This document shows positions 11,983-23,109 of a stretch of 46,610 nucleotides of DNA, one piece after another. Positions within the stretch are counted from its first letter, which is position 1, and each line of letters starts with the position of its first letter. The translations under genes and the position numbers were made by a program. The notes beneath the pieces were generated by a model that ran no database searches, had not been told where the DNA came from, and worked only from the letters and a program-made list of their open reading frames with translations. Source of the DNA: Octopus sinensis (taxonomy: Eukaryota); contig NW_021835263.1 of NCBI RefSeq assembly GCF_006345805.1, positions 1 to 46,610 of the forward strand. Reading direction: 5' to 3'.

Positions 11983-12772
11983 GAGACGGTGAACTGGAAG
12001 AATCGTTAGTGCGTCGAAAAAAATGCTCGACCGCATTTCTTCCGACACTTGATGATCTGACTTCAGGTACCTATTTCGTTACTACCCACAAGGGACTAAA
12101 CACAGAGAGGACAAACAAGGACAGACAAACGGATTAAGACGATTATATCGACCACAGTGTGTGACTGGTACTTATTTAATCGACCCCGAAAGGATGAAAG
12201 GGAAAGGCGACCTCGGCGGAATTTGAACTCAGAACGTAACGGCAGACGAAATACCTATTTCTTTACTACCCACAAGGGACTAAACACAGAGAGGACAAAC
12301 AAGGACAGACAAACGGATTAAGTCGATTATATCGACCACAGTGCGTGACTGGAACTTATTTAATCGACCCCGAAAGGATGAAAGGGAAAATCGACCTCGG
12401 CGGAATTTGAACTTAGAACGTACAGGCAGACGAAATACCTATTTCTTTATTACCCACAAGGGGCTAAACACAGAGCGGACAAACAAGGACAGACATAGGT
12501 ATTAAGTCGATTATATCGACCCCAGTGCGTGACTGGTACATATTTAATCGAACCCGAAAGGATGAAAGGGAAAGTCGACCTCGGCGGAATTTGAACTCAG
12601 AACGTACCGGCAGACGAAATACCGCTGAGCATTTCGCCCGGCGTGCTAACGATTCTGCCAGTTCGCCACCTTTCAGACTTCAGATACCACCGTATTTGAC
12701 TTTACGTTTCGTTATTTCGGGAACGATGGAAAATAGTACCAGTTGGGCACTGGGGTCGGTGTAATCGACTTG
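11983..12772 (+). mobile_element. Old family-A-related SINE split by the younger trimer insertion
   Basis: 11983-12070 (head) and 12673-12772 (GACTTT..AGTACCAGTTGGGCACTGGGGTCG) join into one collinear diverged copy. Confidence 0.7.
12071..12672 (-). mobile_element. SINE family A trimer (head + 3 x 184 bp)
   Basis: Unit junction TACC at 12068, 12252, 12436 and 12620 (period 184). TSD-like TCTGACTTCAGGTAC (12056-12070) / TCAGACTTCAGATAC (12673-12687). Confidence 0.93.
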
Positions 12773-13237
12773 TCTGGATCTTTTTCTCGTTTCAGTCATT
12801 GGACATCGGCCATGCTGTGGCACCGCCTCGAAGGAATTAATCGAACAAATCGACCTCAATACAGGTATATCATCGATTCTCCGAACTCTTTCTTTCCGAA
12901 GCTTTTTTCGATTACTGCTTCTTTCGAACTAGAGATTGCCATCACCAAATTAAACAAATATTAAATTTACTGAAATAATTCAATGAAATACAGACACATG
13001 TATAGTAGTATAAATAATACAAGATTATTAATAATGTACTGTGCAAAAGACTAGTAAACTAGTTTAGGGGCCTCGTAAATTAGTGCGAATTATAACAAGA
13101 TGCGGACGATCGGTGTTTGGAAAGTCAGTGTGTAACTATATTTAATTTTAAGTACAGTAGCTATTTTATCAGTCTCTTGAGGACTCACCAAGTTAGGGAT
13201 TTCTCAAAGGGTATGGGTGGAACAAAGACACACAGCC

Positions 13238-13385
13238 ATACATATATACGACGGGCTTCCACACGGTTTCCGTCTACCAAATTCACACACAAGGCATTGG
13301 TCGACCCGACACTGCAGTAGTACACACTTTACCAATGTGTCACGCACTAGGACTGAACCTGAAACTACCTGATTGCAAACCGCCT
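13238..13385 (-). mobile_element. SINE family B head, diverged
   Basis: CGACGGGCTTCC..TTTCCGTCTACCAAATTCAC is the reverse complement of the family B head. Confidence 0.75.
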
Positions 13386-13689
13386 TCCTTGGGCCGTGGG
13401 GCGTTGCGTATCTAGATCACGGCATTATCTAATATATCATTATTTTTATTAGTTTGAGGGAGATTTGCCTGCTACTTTTAACAGGTCAAACTTGTGAGTA
13501 CAAGCTCGTTTTTCGATTGTTGTTGATATTGTTGTTGTTCTTGCTCGTGATGCGAGTATTGTGTAGACGAAGCCACCTTCTAATCAAGCGGACCTATGGA
13601 CAAAGCTGCCCTGGATATGACCAACACAAATTTTACATATCCAGAAAACGATATCGCCTCCGGTATTTTGAGGAAGATTTAACTTCTTT

Positions 13690-14128
13690 GGATCTTTCGG
13701 TTTGACCGGCAGTTTTTTAAAATAATTTCCACGTAACTGAAAACTTTTAAACTTCGTATACTGATAGAATATGTTTATAAAACATCTTTTTCTCCTGGCT
13801 TTATTGAGAAAATTCTATAGTTTTGTAAGATATTTGTTACTTTCTTTCTTCAATTTCTGCAATTTCAACCAATCATTGGCGTCTATTGACGTGAAAACAT
13901 TCTGTGCCGTATGAATATGTCCCTCGTTTAAGAAAAAGATTGGGTTTATTTACATTTCTGAAGAAAAAAAGATAACCTTCCCTCCACCCCTAACCCTAAC
14001 TAACCCTAATTCTATCCCTAACCCTAAAACAATTTGAAATGCAATAGATCGATACTAGGGTCATAATTACGGGTGACAATTTCATATGACACCGCTAGAA
14101 AAAACTGCCGGTCAAACCGAAACGATCC
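13690..14128. mobile_element. MITE, 439 bp, ~29-bp TIRs, 8-bp TSD
   Basis: TIR GGATCTTTCGGTTTGACCGGCAGTTTTTT / AAAAAACTGCCGGTCAAACCGAAACGATCC; TSD ACTTCTTT at 13682-13689 and 14129-14136. Confidence 0.93.
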
Positions 14129-14497
14129 ACTTCTTTTTTCCGGAATTACCGCATACACATTCCTTTGAGATTGCCGTTGTTGTTGCGTTGCTGATGATGG
14201 TTGCAGGGCGAGTTCTTCCTTATTACTAAGGTATAAGATCAAGACTGTTCCAATTCTGCCTGCCTTTTCTTTCTCGTATATCCAGAATGGCCTTATTAAA
14301 TGTATTTTTCGTTCTAAGACGCTAGCGCGTGAGGTGAGGAAGACATCACTGCTATTTCTAGGAGGGCAAGCGACCACATTGGCGCTCCGTTGTTAGACTG
14401 AAAGATCGAGTGTTTAACTGGAAGGCATGTCTGTCATCATTAGTGAACTTCAACGAAACAGCTTTTAAAATGTCAAACGGCACCGGACACACCATAA

Positions 14498-14517
14498 AGT
14501 ATATATATTATATATAT

Positions 14518-14575
<58 letters not shown>

Positions 14576-14975
14576 AACGCACATATACAGACATATACAC
14601 TTACTCATCCGCATATACACATGCATGCATTCTCACACACATATACACAAACACCCATTCTCACTCGTAGACGTGATGACATTCGTACACACATCCAATC
14701 ACACAGTTATACGCATTACTTATACACAGGTACACTCGTCCACACCAGTGCACTCATATAAACTGATATATACACAATATACTCTTGTGCATCAGACCCC
14801 CCCCCCAACACACACACACACATACACAAATAACAGAGAAACAAACATATAACACATACGATAACTCGTACCTAATGACGAGCACACACGGTTCATGCAC
14901 ACACAGGTGAACTTATACACCTCAAAATACACATATATACACCTGCGCATCCCTCACATATACATTCATACACGC
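14498..14975. repeat. (AT)n followed by degenerate (AC)n
   Basis: Direct reading. Confidence 0.85.
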
Positions 14976-15179
14976 GACTATTCTTGAGATTATCTCCCTT
15001 CCTTGAATCTAGCAGGTCATAGATGCCATTCGGTAATTATAATACGTCCTCTAGAGGCGGAGATAATTTCAATAAATCAAGAATTTACGTACTATAGTAT
15101 TTCATATATCTTTACTAACGTCAGCTGAGATTTTCATAGGCTGACCAAGATACGCTCATGGTATAAGGCCAAATGAGGT

Positions 15180-15385
15180 TTATTTTTCAACATAACCTCC
15201 CTTACAGTACACACATTTCTTCCAGCGATGTTGCGGGGACTGAATCCCGTTGGTGAAGAATCTTTCGTCCTGTTGGTCAAAGGAATCACCACCAGCAGAT
15301 ATGACGTCATAAACACTACGATACTCCTTCCCAGCCAAGTGTTTTACCGCTAGGGGAACAGATGATAGTCAGATGCGACCAGATC
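15180..15385 (-). pseudogene. Mariner transposase C-terminal remnant
   Basis: Minus strand DLVASDYHLFP* (cf. the SPDLAPSDYHLF motif) and RWKKCVYCKGGYVEK* (typical mariner C-terminus), with stops and frameshifts between them. Confidence 0.88.
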
Positions 15386-15388
15386 AGA

Positions 15389-16116
15389 AGGAGTGGCTGT
15401 GTGGTAAGTAGCTTGCTTACGAACCACATGCACCCGGGTTCAGTCTCACTGCGTGGCACCTTGGGCAAGTGTCTTCTACTATAGCCTCGGGCCAACCAAA
15501 GCCTTGTGAGTGGATTTGGTAGACGGAAACTGAAAGAAGCCCGTCGTTTTCACCATTATTGTTTTTTGTATTTCATATTCGTGTGGCATCGTCCGTTTTT
15601 CTGTCCCTGTTTCGTATACATTCGATTCTTTTTTCCAAGAAATCTAATGTTCGTAGCTTAGTTTTTCCTTGGGGCTGGCCGGATCGGAGCGATCTCAAGA
15701 TTAATCAGCCGAAATTGCTAGGATGATCCGGTTCTTGACTGAAGATTGAAGGCTTCGAATGTCCCGTCCGTGTTTTTTGTATCGTCTTCTAAATGTTTTA
15801 CGTTCTTGTCCCAGTTTGTATTTTTCTACATATAATATATATATAATATATCTACATACATATATATGTGTGTATATATACATATACATATATATGTGTG
15901 TATGTATATGTTTGCGTGTGTGTTTGCTCCCCCACCCAACATCACTTTATAACCGATGCTGGTGTGTTTACGTTCCTGTAACTTAGCCGTTCGGCAAAAG
16001 AGACCAATAGAATAAGTACTAGGCTTACAAAGAATAAGCCCTTGGGGGTCGATTTTCTCGACTAAAGGCGGTGCTTCAGCATGGCCACAGTCAAATGCCT
16101 GAAACAAGTAAAAGAG
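15389..16116 (+). mobile_element. SINE family B, interrupted by a ~285-bp insert at its internal microsatellite
   Basis: Head 15389-15547, foreign segment 15548-15830, (TA)n/(TG)n, then tail to ~16116. Confidence 0.88.
15548..15830. repeat. Unclassified interspersed repeat, also at 28927-29018
   Basis: TCTTGACTGAAGATTGAAGGCTTCGAATGTCCCGTCCGT..GTTCTTGTCCCA is shared with 28927-29018. Confidence 0.75.
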
Positions 16117-17025
16117 GGTAATATGAACTTAAAGGAATGACAGCGGATCTGAAAATTGTGCAATGTACTTCATTAGCTTCAGATTCTGTTATAGGCTGCA
16201 GTGCACTTAGATCTGAAGGCTTTTAAATCTTATAGTAGAAACACCCATATGCTAATGAAGTTCATTGCATAAATTCCTGTTCCTTCGTCAGTCGTACATT
16301 TATACGAACAAAAGTTGTGCCGCTCCTTTGCACAAGAATATATGTACAGAAACGAGCACGCCATTTTGAATCCTCTAGATTTGTTGTTTTTTTTTTTGCT
16401 TTTTTGCTTTTTAAATTGTGATACAATAAAAATTTATGATATTGCTTTGGCGATTGTATGTTTGGAGTTTGATTTTGAATTATAGCGTCGGTTATGTATT
16501 GAGGATTTTCATTATTCAGATGTATGCATGTGTGTGAACGTATGTATCTTTTGTGTATGAGACAGAGATAAAGAGTGTGCATATCTCTGTGTGTGGTGTG
16601 TGTGTGTGTGTATTGCTATTTTAATATTTTTTCCTTATTATTCCTTTCCATTAATTTCTTCACCAATATAGTCGTCTTTTTCCTCCTGTCGTTTTTTTCT
16701 TTAACATTTCATAAAATCATAGGAAATTTTTCAACAACAAAAGAAAGAAAAAATATATTTAAAAAAAAAAAGAAGATAAAAACAGCGGTAAAAACAAAAG
16801 AAAACAAAATCAACAAGGTATAAGAATAAAAGAATAAGATATAATATAAGAAAATAAAATTTAAAAAAAACGAGATAAAGAACTAAAATAGATATTATTA
16901 TATTGAATTTAAATGTTAAAAAGATAATACTGCTTTATCTCCTGTGGTTGTTTTGGCTTTGCTTTTTGCTCTCTCTCCCACTCTTTTCGCTTTATTCTAT
17001 ATTTTTTTCATAATTCAATCGATGC

Positions 17026-17028
<3 letters not shown>

Positions 17029-17074
<46 letters not shown>

Positions 17075-17075
17075 C

Positions 17076-17132
<57 letters not shown>

Positions 17133-17224
17133 TATACATATATATATATACGTATATATACATATATATATATATATATATAATATATATATATATATAC
17201 ATATATATACATATATATATATAC

Positions 17225-17256
<32 letters not shown>

Positions 17257-17332
17257 TATGTATATATATAACATATATATAATCTTATATATATATATAC
17301 ATATATATATACTATATATATATATATATACC

Positions 17333-17398
<66 letters not shown>

Positions 17399-17486
17399 CA
17401 TATGTACTCGCAGACGGAGATACACATACATGCGTGCATGCAAACACACACACACAAACACACATACACACACACACACACACATA
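17029..17486. repeat. Long (AT)n/(ACAT)n/(AC)n tract
   Basis: Direct reading. Confidence 0.96.
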
Positions 17487-17769
17487 TTGTTTCTTCCTGT
17501 TATGTATCGATTTTTTTTCCTTACCTTTTACGCAAATTGATTTTGTTTCTAGAGAGAATCTCCCCATTCATAAGGAAGATAAGAACACGTTTGTTGTTCT
17601 TCTTGTTCTTCTTCTTCTGTTGCTGTAGTTGTTGTTGTTGTTGTTGTTGTTGCTCTTGCTTCTATTGTTTTTGCTATGTTAAAGACGGGTGACATTGTTG
17701 CGATCATCACCATTATCATCGTAATTGTTATTTTTGATATTATAATCGATATTCTGAGGTTCCTGTTAA

Positions 17770-17783
17770 TATTATTATCATTA

Positions 17784-17837
<54 letters not shown>

Positions 17838-17975
17838 GCAAGATGCTTGCCGGCGTTTCGTCCGTATATACGTTGAGTTCAAATTCCGCCGCGGTCGACT
17901 TTGCCTTCCGTCCTTTCGAGGTCGATAAACTAAGTACCAGCTGAGGACTGAGGTAGATGTAATCAACTATTCCTT
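17770..17975 (+). mobile_element. (ATT)n followed by a truncated family A SINE
   Basis: GAGTTCAAATTCCGCCGCGGTCGACTTTGCCTTCCGTCCTTTCGAGGTCGATAAACTAAGTACCAG. Confidence 0.8.
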
Positions 17976-18292
17976 ACACCAAATAAATCATTATTATCAA
18001 TATAATTAAGTAGTTTTATTTTTCTAGCGTCCTTTCACTTCACTACCGAGCGCAGCTCTGTGTGTCTTGGGTATGTGCTGTAGTTTGTTGTGATGCTCTT
18101 ATTTTTACTGTATTGAAAGTGTTTTGCGTAGAATGTGTGCAGTGCTCAGTAGTACAATTTTCTGTATGTTGTATATGTTTGTAAGTCCTGGTGGTTTTGC
18201 TATGTATTTGTCTGAATATTTTTTCATCATACCTAATGCGCCTACTATGATAGGAATTGTTTCTGTTTATAGATTCCACATTCGAGTTACCT

Positions 18293-18304
18293 TTATTATT
18301 ATTA

Positions 18305-18396
<92 letters not shown>
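18293..18396. repeat. (ATT)n(AGT)n trinucleotide switch
   Basis: Direct reading. Confidence 0.95.
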
Positions 18397-18397
<1 letters not shown>

Positions 18398-18599
18398 AGT
18401 GAGAAAGCAATGTATGCCATCAAAGTGACACTGGGTTAAAATATACGAAGCCCAGTATACCCATCATGACTGATAAGGGTACATCAGGCACATGCATCAT
18501 AACCATATGTACGCGACATGGTAATTTCATTTCAATGCATGCCAGCAGGGAAAAAGTGGATATAAAAATGAAAACCAATGCAAGTGGTACCGGCCTAAA

Positions 18600-18892
18600 A
18601 CATTTATTCTGTCCAGCTATCTCTTGCTCTTCATTCCGTAGGAGAAAAGATTCAAATCGGACCATGTTAAGACCAAAAATTATTTACATCAAAAAGGTGC
18701 TTTTTTTTTCTATGAAAATCCCTATTTTTTTACGATTTTTTTTACTGATGTGTCGCGATTTCTCGGTGTATTTCAACCTGAAAAATGTTCACTTAAAGAG
18801 CTACATAATGCAAAACTTTTACTTTTCAAAAATTCCATTTCTAAAGGGTCGAAAAGAAAACAAGCCCGAGCAACGCTGGGCTACACTGCTAG
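18600..18892 (+). mobile_element. Helitron 3' end (5' boundary uncertain)
   Basis: Subterminal hairpin GCCCGAGCAACGCTGGGC followed by CTAG|T (18889-18892); same terminus type as 31476-31505. Confidence 0.75.
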
Positions 18893-19450
18893 TTGTAGGA
18901 TATTTACTGTTACCAAAAGTGTTGTTTCTTGCAATGTCGTAATGTTGGAACACATTCCAAGCGTGTCAAGTTCCTTCCGAAGGCATTATGTCACAGATCC
19001 ATGCGCTGCATTCACAATTTTTACCAATCTTGCTTTCATATTGCCCATTCTCTTCACATTTATTCTTTTCATATTGTACGATATTTTTGTTTCCTTTACC
19101 ATCGATATAATGATGCCCTCAGCAAGCTAGATCGATCAACAACATCCTCCTTACATCATCTTTCATTACTAAGTTATGCTTGTCCTTTCATATTCAAGCG
19201 CTCTATCATTCTCGATTGATAACTCCCACAAGTGTTCCGCAGTTTGATTTTCTGGGACCTTTGGTTTGCCCCGATACCATTCCTCAGTGATGTGGCTTGG
19301 AACTCATGATGTTTGCACAGTTCAGTGGAGATGTAACGGTGCTTTATCGTGACACCTTTTATATTCTCTCTACTCAGGCATGTCCCATTCAATCATGATT
19401 TGTGTCACGCTAACCGCCTTCTTCCTATCTAACATACAAATGTTTGCTTT
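18893..19450 (-). pseudogene. R4/Dong-like non-LTR retrotransposon C-terminus (Zn knuckle + restriction-like endonuclease)
   Basis: Frameshifted minus-strand pieces in the expected order: REYKRCHDKA..LH*, WYRGKPKVPENQTAEHLWELSIENDR, LLIDLAC*, VKRMGNMKARLVKIVNAAHGSVT, LQETTLLVTVNIL. Confidence 0.8.
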
Positions 19451-19517
19451 CATCTGGGCTATAAATATCCCTCATCGAGTTCGGGCTTAATGCTTGATTC
19501 TGAACAGCGACCAACAA

Positions 19518-19561
<44 letters not shown>

Positions 19562-19607
19562 GTATACACGTACACATACGCACACACACACACATATACA
19601 TATTTAT

Positions 19608-19790
19608 TTATTTACTTGTTCCAGTCATTTGATTGCGGCCATGATGGAGCAGTGCATTGCAAGATATTTTACTCAAAAAAATCGATCGCAGGATTTATTC
19701 TTTGTAAGCCTGCTGCTTATCCTATCGGTTCTTTTGCCGAACTGCTAAGTTACATTGATGTAAACACACCGACATTGATTGTCAAGCAAT
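19608..19790 (-). mobile_element. SINE family B tail
   Basis: Reverse complement of the family B tail. Confidence 0.8.
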
Positions 19791-19869
19791 GAGGCGTGGT
19801 AAATGCAGAACAAGCAGAAAGAAGCACGTCCTACATATATATATATATATATATATATATACATGTGTG

Positions 19870-20085
19870 AGTATGTGTGTGCGTGTGTGTCTGTGCTTAT
19901 TCTCCCACTATCGTATGACCACCGGTGTTGGTGTGTTTGCGTTGCCGCAACTTAGCGGTTCGGCAAAATAACCCGATAGAAGAAGTACTATGCTTACAAA
20001 GAATAAGTCCTGGGGTCGATTTGTTCGACTATAAGGCTCCAGTATGACCGCAGTCAAATGACTGAAACAAGTTAAGGGTACAAGA
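19870..20085 (+). mobile_element. SINE family B tail
   Basis: CTTAGCGGTTCGGCAAAA..GCTTACAAAGAATAAGTCCTGGGGTCGAT..GACTGAAACAAG. Confidence 0.85.
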
Positions 20086-20111
20086 ATATATATATATATA
20101 TACATACATAC

Positions 20112-20158
<47 letters not shown>

Positions 20159-20484
20159 TACACTTTCCAAGAAAGTTAGAGGTTTTGAATCCAACCAACT
20201 AAGGGATAATATCTATCCAATATGCTGTTGGTAGAATACCCAATTATTAATATATAAGTGTTTTTTATTGCATTGCAGTTACATTACCGAGTGTACTAAA
20301 CGGGTGAAGGTAAAGAGATATTTTACCATTAATTTATAGAACATGTTATGCTTAGCATAAGAATATACATGTACGTATATTCTTGTAATTGTCATTTTAG
20401 TAAATAAATAAATAAATTGACATAATATAATGTCTAAAAGTTGATGAATACCACCTATTGATCCCCTCCATTTTCTAATTGCTC

Positions 20485-20905
<421 letters not shown>

Positions 20906-21374
20906 ATGTATGTGAATGTATCTTTATACTGATATACGAGTGCACGTGCGCGGGTGTCAATGATAGGTAATATTTGAATTAACTGACAACCCAGTGTGCT
21001 ATTGATGTAGCTCGTGCCAAAATTAATACCACACTTGCTTAAACATAGCTATAACTGTAAACTAACTGTCATGACAGAATTGTAATATCATTACTCAATA
21101 GCTCTCATCTATATCACCCTCTCAGGCAATTTCGCCTTTATCTATTCTTTCTTTCGTTTCTCTAGTATCCTTCCTTCGCTTTAGACTTTATGTAATTTCC
21201 CTCTACCGGCCTCGTATTGTCGATATTAGTTTCCCTTCATAAAAAAGACTTTTTTCATTTCTTCTTCTTTTTTTCTTCCTTTCTTGTGTACAGTTTATAT
21301 ATTTTATTATATTTCATTTTTTATATATATATATCTTATTTTTAAAGAATTAATGAAATATTTATTTCTTGTAT

Positions 21375-21610
21375 TTCTTTTACTAGTTCCAGTTATTTTA
21401 CTGCGGCCATGCTGGAGCAGCGCATTGCATGGTATTTTAGTCGAAAAAAATCGAATCCAGGACTTACTTTTCGTAAGTGAGCTGCTTATTCTATCGGTCT
21501 CTTTTGCGTAGTACTTATTCTATCGAGCTCTTTTACCGAACCGCTAAGTTGCAGCGACGGAAAACACATCAACACCGTTTGTCAAGCGATGGAGTGGAAA
21601 TAAACACAAG
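21375..21610 (-). mobile_element. SINE family B tail with small internal duplication
   Basis: Reverse complement of the tail; CTTATTCTATCG..CTCTTTT occurs twice (~21485-21535). Confidence 0.8.
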
Positions 21611-22194
21611 CACAACAATAGACTATTTATTTTATTTCTTACGGATAATTAATAATAGACACAATCGTAGCAATACTTCCTACCTTAAATGAAGCGAGCA
21701 AATAATATGACTGCCCAAAACCAAGATCTTTACCGTAACACCACTTTATATATGAACGTATCTGATGTGACTCAGACTGTAAGATTTATACAACATTGTA
21801 CGATGCACAGCATCTCACCTATAAAGGTCAGTCCCAGGATTGGTCGAAAAGGAAGAGTTATATCAACTCTATCTTCCGTTTACTTAATTTATCATTATCT
21901 CAATTAACGCTGCGGAATTCTTGAAGTAGATCCAAAGGAAATATGCCCCAACTGCGGATGACACCAGGCAGCCCAAACCGTGCCAGTGCTTTACTCAACA
22001 CGTCAGTGCACTAATTGACGAACTCTCATTAACGTGGAACATCCACTTTGATGTAGCGATTGACTTTACTTCTTAGTATAGTCACTACTTCGGTCTCTTC
22101 TTGAGATTTTACATCAGTAACCGATTGTCGCTCTGTTTATAATATATTGCTAGCTGGAGCGGACTCTGGCTATCTCTCTGGCAACCACGTGTAT

Positions 22195-22239
22195 GCGACT
22201 GAAGATGAGCAAACTAGCTCGAAACTGAGTTAGTCTCGC
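22195..22239 (+). ncRNA. Compact type I hammerhead ribozyme motif
   Basis: GCGA-CTGAAGA-T-GAGC(AAACTA)GCTC-GAA-ACTG(AGT)TAGT-C-TCGC. All core residues are present, all three stems pair, and the cleavage triplet is GUC (after 22235). Confidence 0.85.
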
Positions 22240-22753
22240 GATCCTGTCATCTCCTGGACGGTAGGATTCGCTCCCCGGCTGCACCGATAATCAGCTGGCG
22301 GTAGATATGCCTGGGGTTAAACGAGTAGTATCACGGAACAGCCACTTTGATCTGGATTAACTTTACTTGTTATATTTAGATTCTTACGTCCATTTATATA
22401 TAGCAAGCAAGGATAAAGAAGAAAATCGATGTGTTCACCACAGCAAGCACGTAATGATCGATGTCTATCTGAATTTGTAGAAAAATGAATTTCCTTCATG
22501 GAAAACTTGTGTTGTAGTGTATTAATGAAATAAGTGAGCAACTATATAATGCTTTGTACTCTTTCTTCCATCAGTTCTAATGAAATAGTTCTCGGCGCTG
22601 TATTGATATATACATTATATAATATGTATGACTAAAACATCGTTAACATCACTTCCTATAGATCTGATGTGGGATTGGTCAACGCAAATTGTTGAAACAA
22701 TTGTAAACTATGGAATAAGAGTTATACAATAAACTCTACACATCACTAACTTT

Positions 22754-22755
<2 letters not shown>

Positions 22756-22848
<93 letters not shown>

Positions 22849-22869
22849 GTAGGTAAGTAGGTAGGTAGG

Positions 22870-22935
<66 letters not shown>
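22756..22935. repeat. (AG)n(AGAT)n(AGGT)n microsatellite
   Basis: Direct reading. Confidence 0.96.
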
Positions 22936-23076
22936 CTAGGCTTACAAAGAATAAGTCATGGGGTTGATAAATGAAGGACCAGTTACGCAGTGGGGTCGAT
23001 GTAATCGACTTAATCTGTTTGTCTCTCCTTGTTTGTCTCCTCTGTGTTTAGCCCCTTGTAAGTAGTAAAGAAATAA
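22935..23076 (+). mobile_element. Chimeric SINE fragment (family B tail joined to family A body)
   Basis: ACTAGGCTTACAAAGAATAAGTCATGGGGTTGAT (B) continues as AAATGAAGGACCAGTTACGCAGTGGGG.. (A). Confidence 0.8.
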
Positions 23077-23109
23077 CTATTTATGCCGGTTTTAAAGTGG
23101 ATTTCTTTT

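Noticed and set aside
12068-12620. CRISPR-like array
   Set aside because: The 184-bp units are near-identical over their whole length with no unique spacers, and the context is eukaryotic.
13988-14027. True telomere or chromosome-fusion relic
   Set aside because: Short, degenerate and internal to a TSD-bounded MITE.
15700-15765. Permuted hammerhead (GCCGAAA..CTGAAGA..GGCT)
   Set aside because: It requires a 5-nt insertion after CTGAAGA, and stems I and III are unconvincing.
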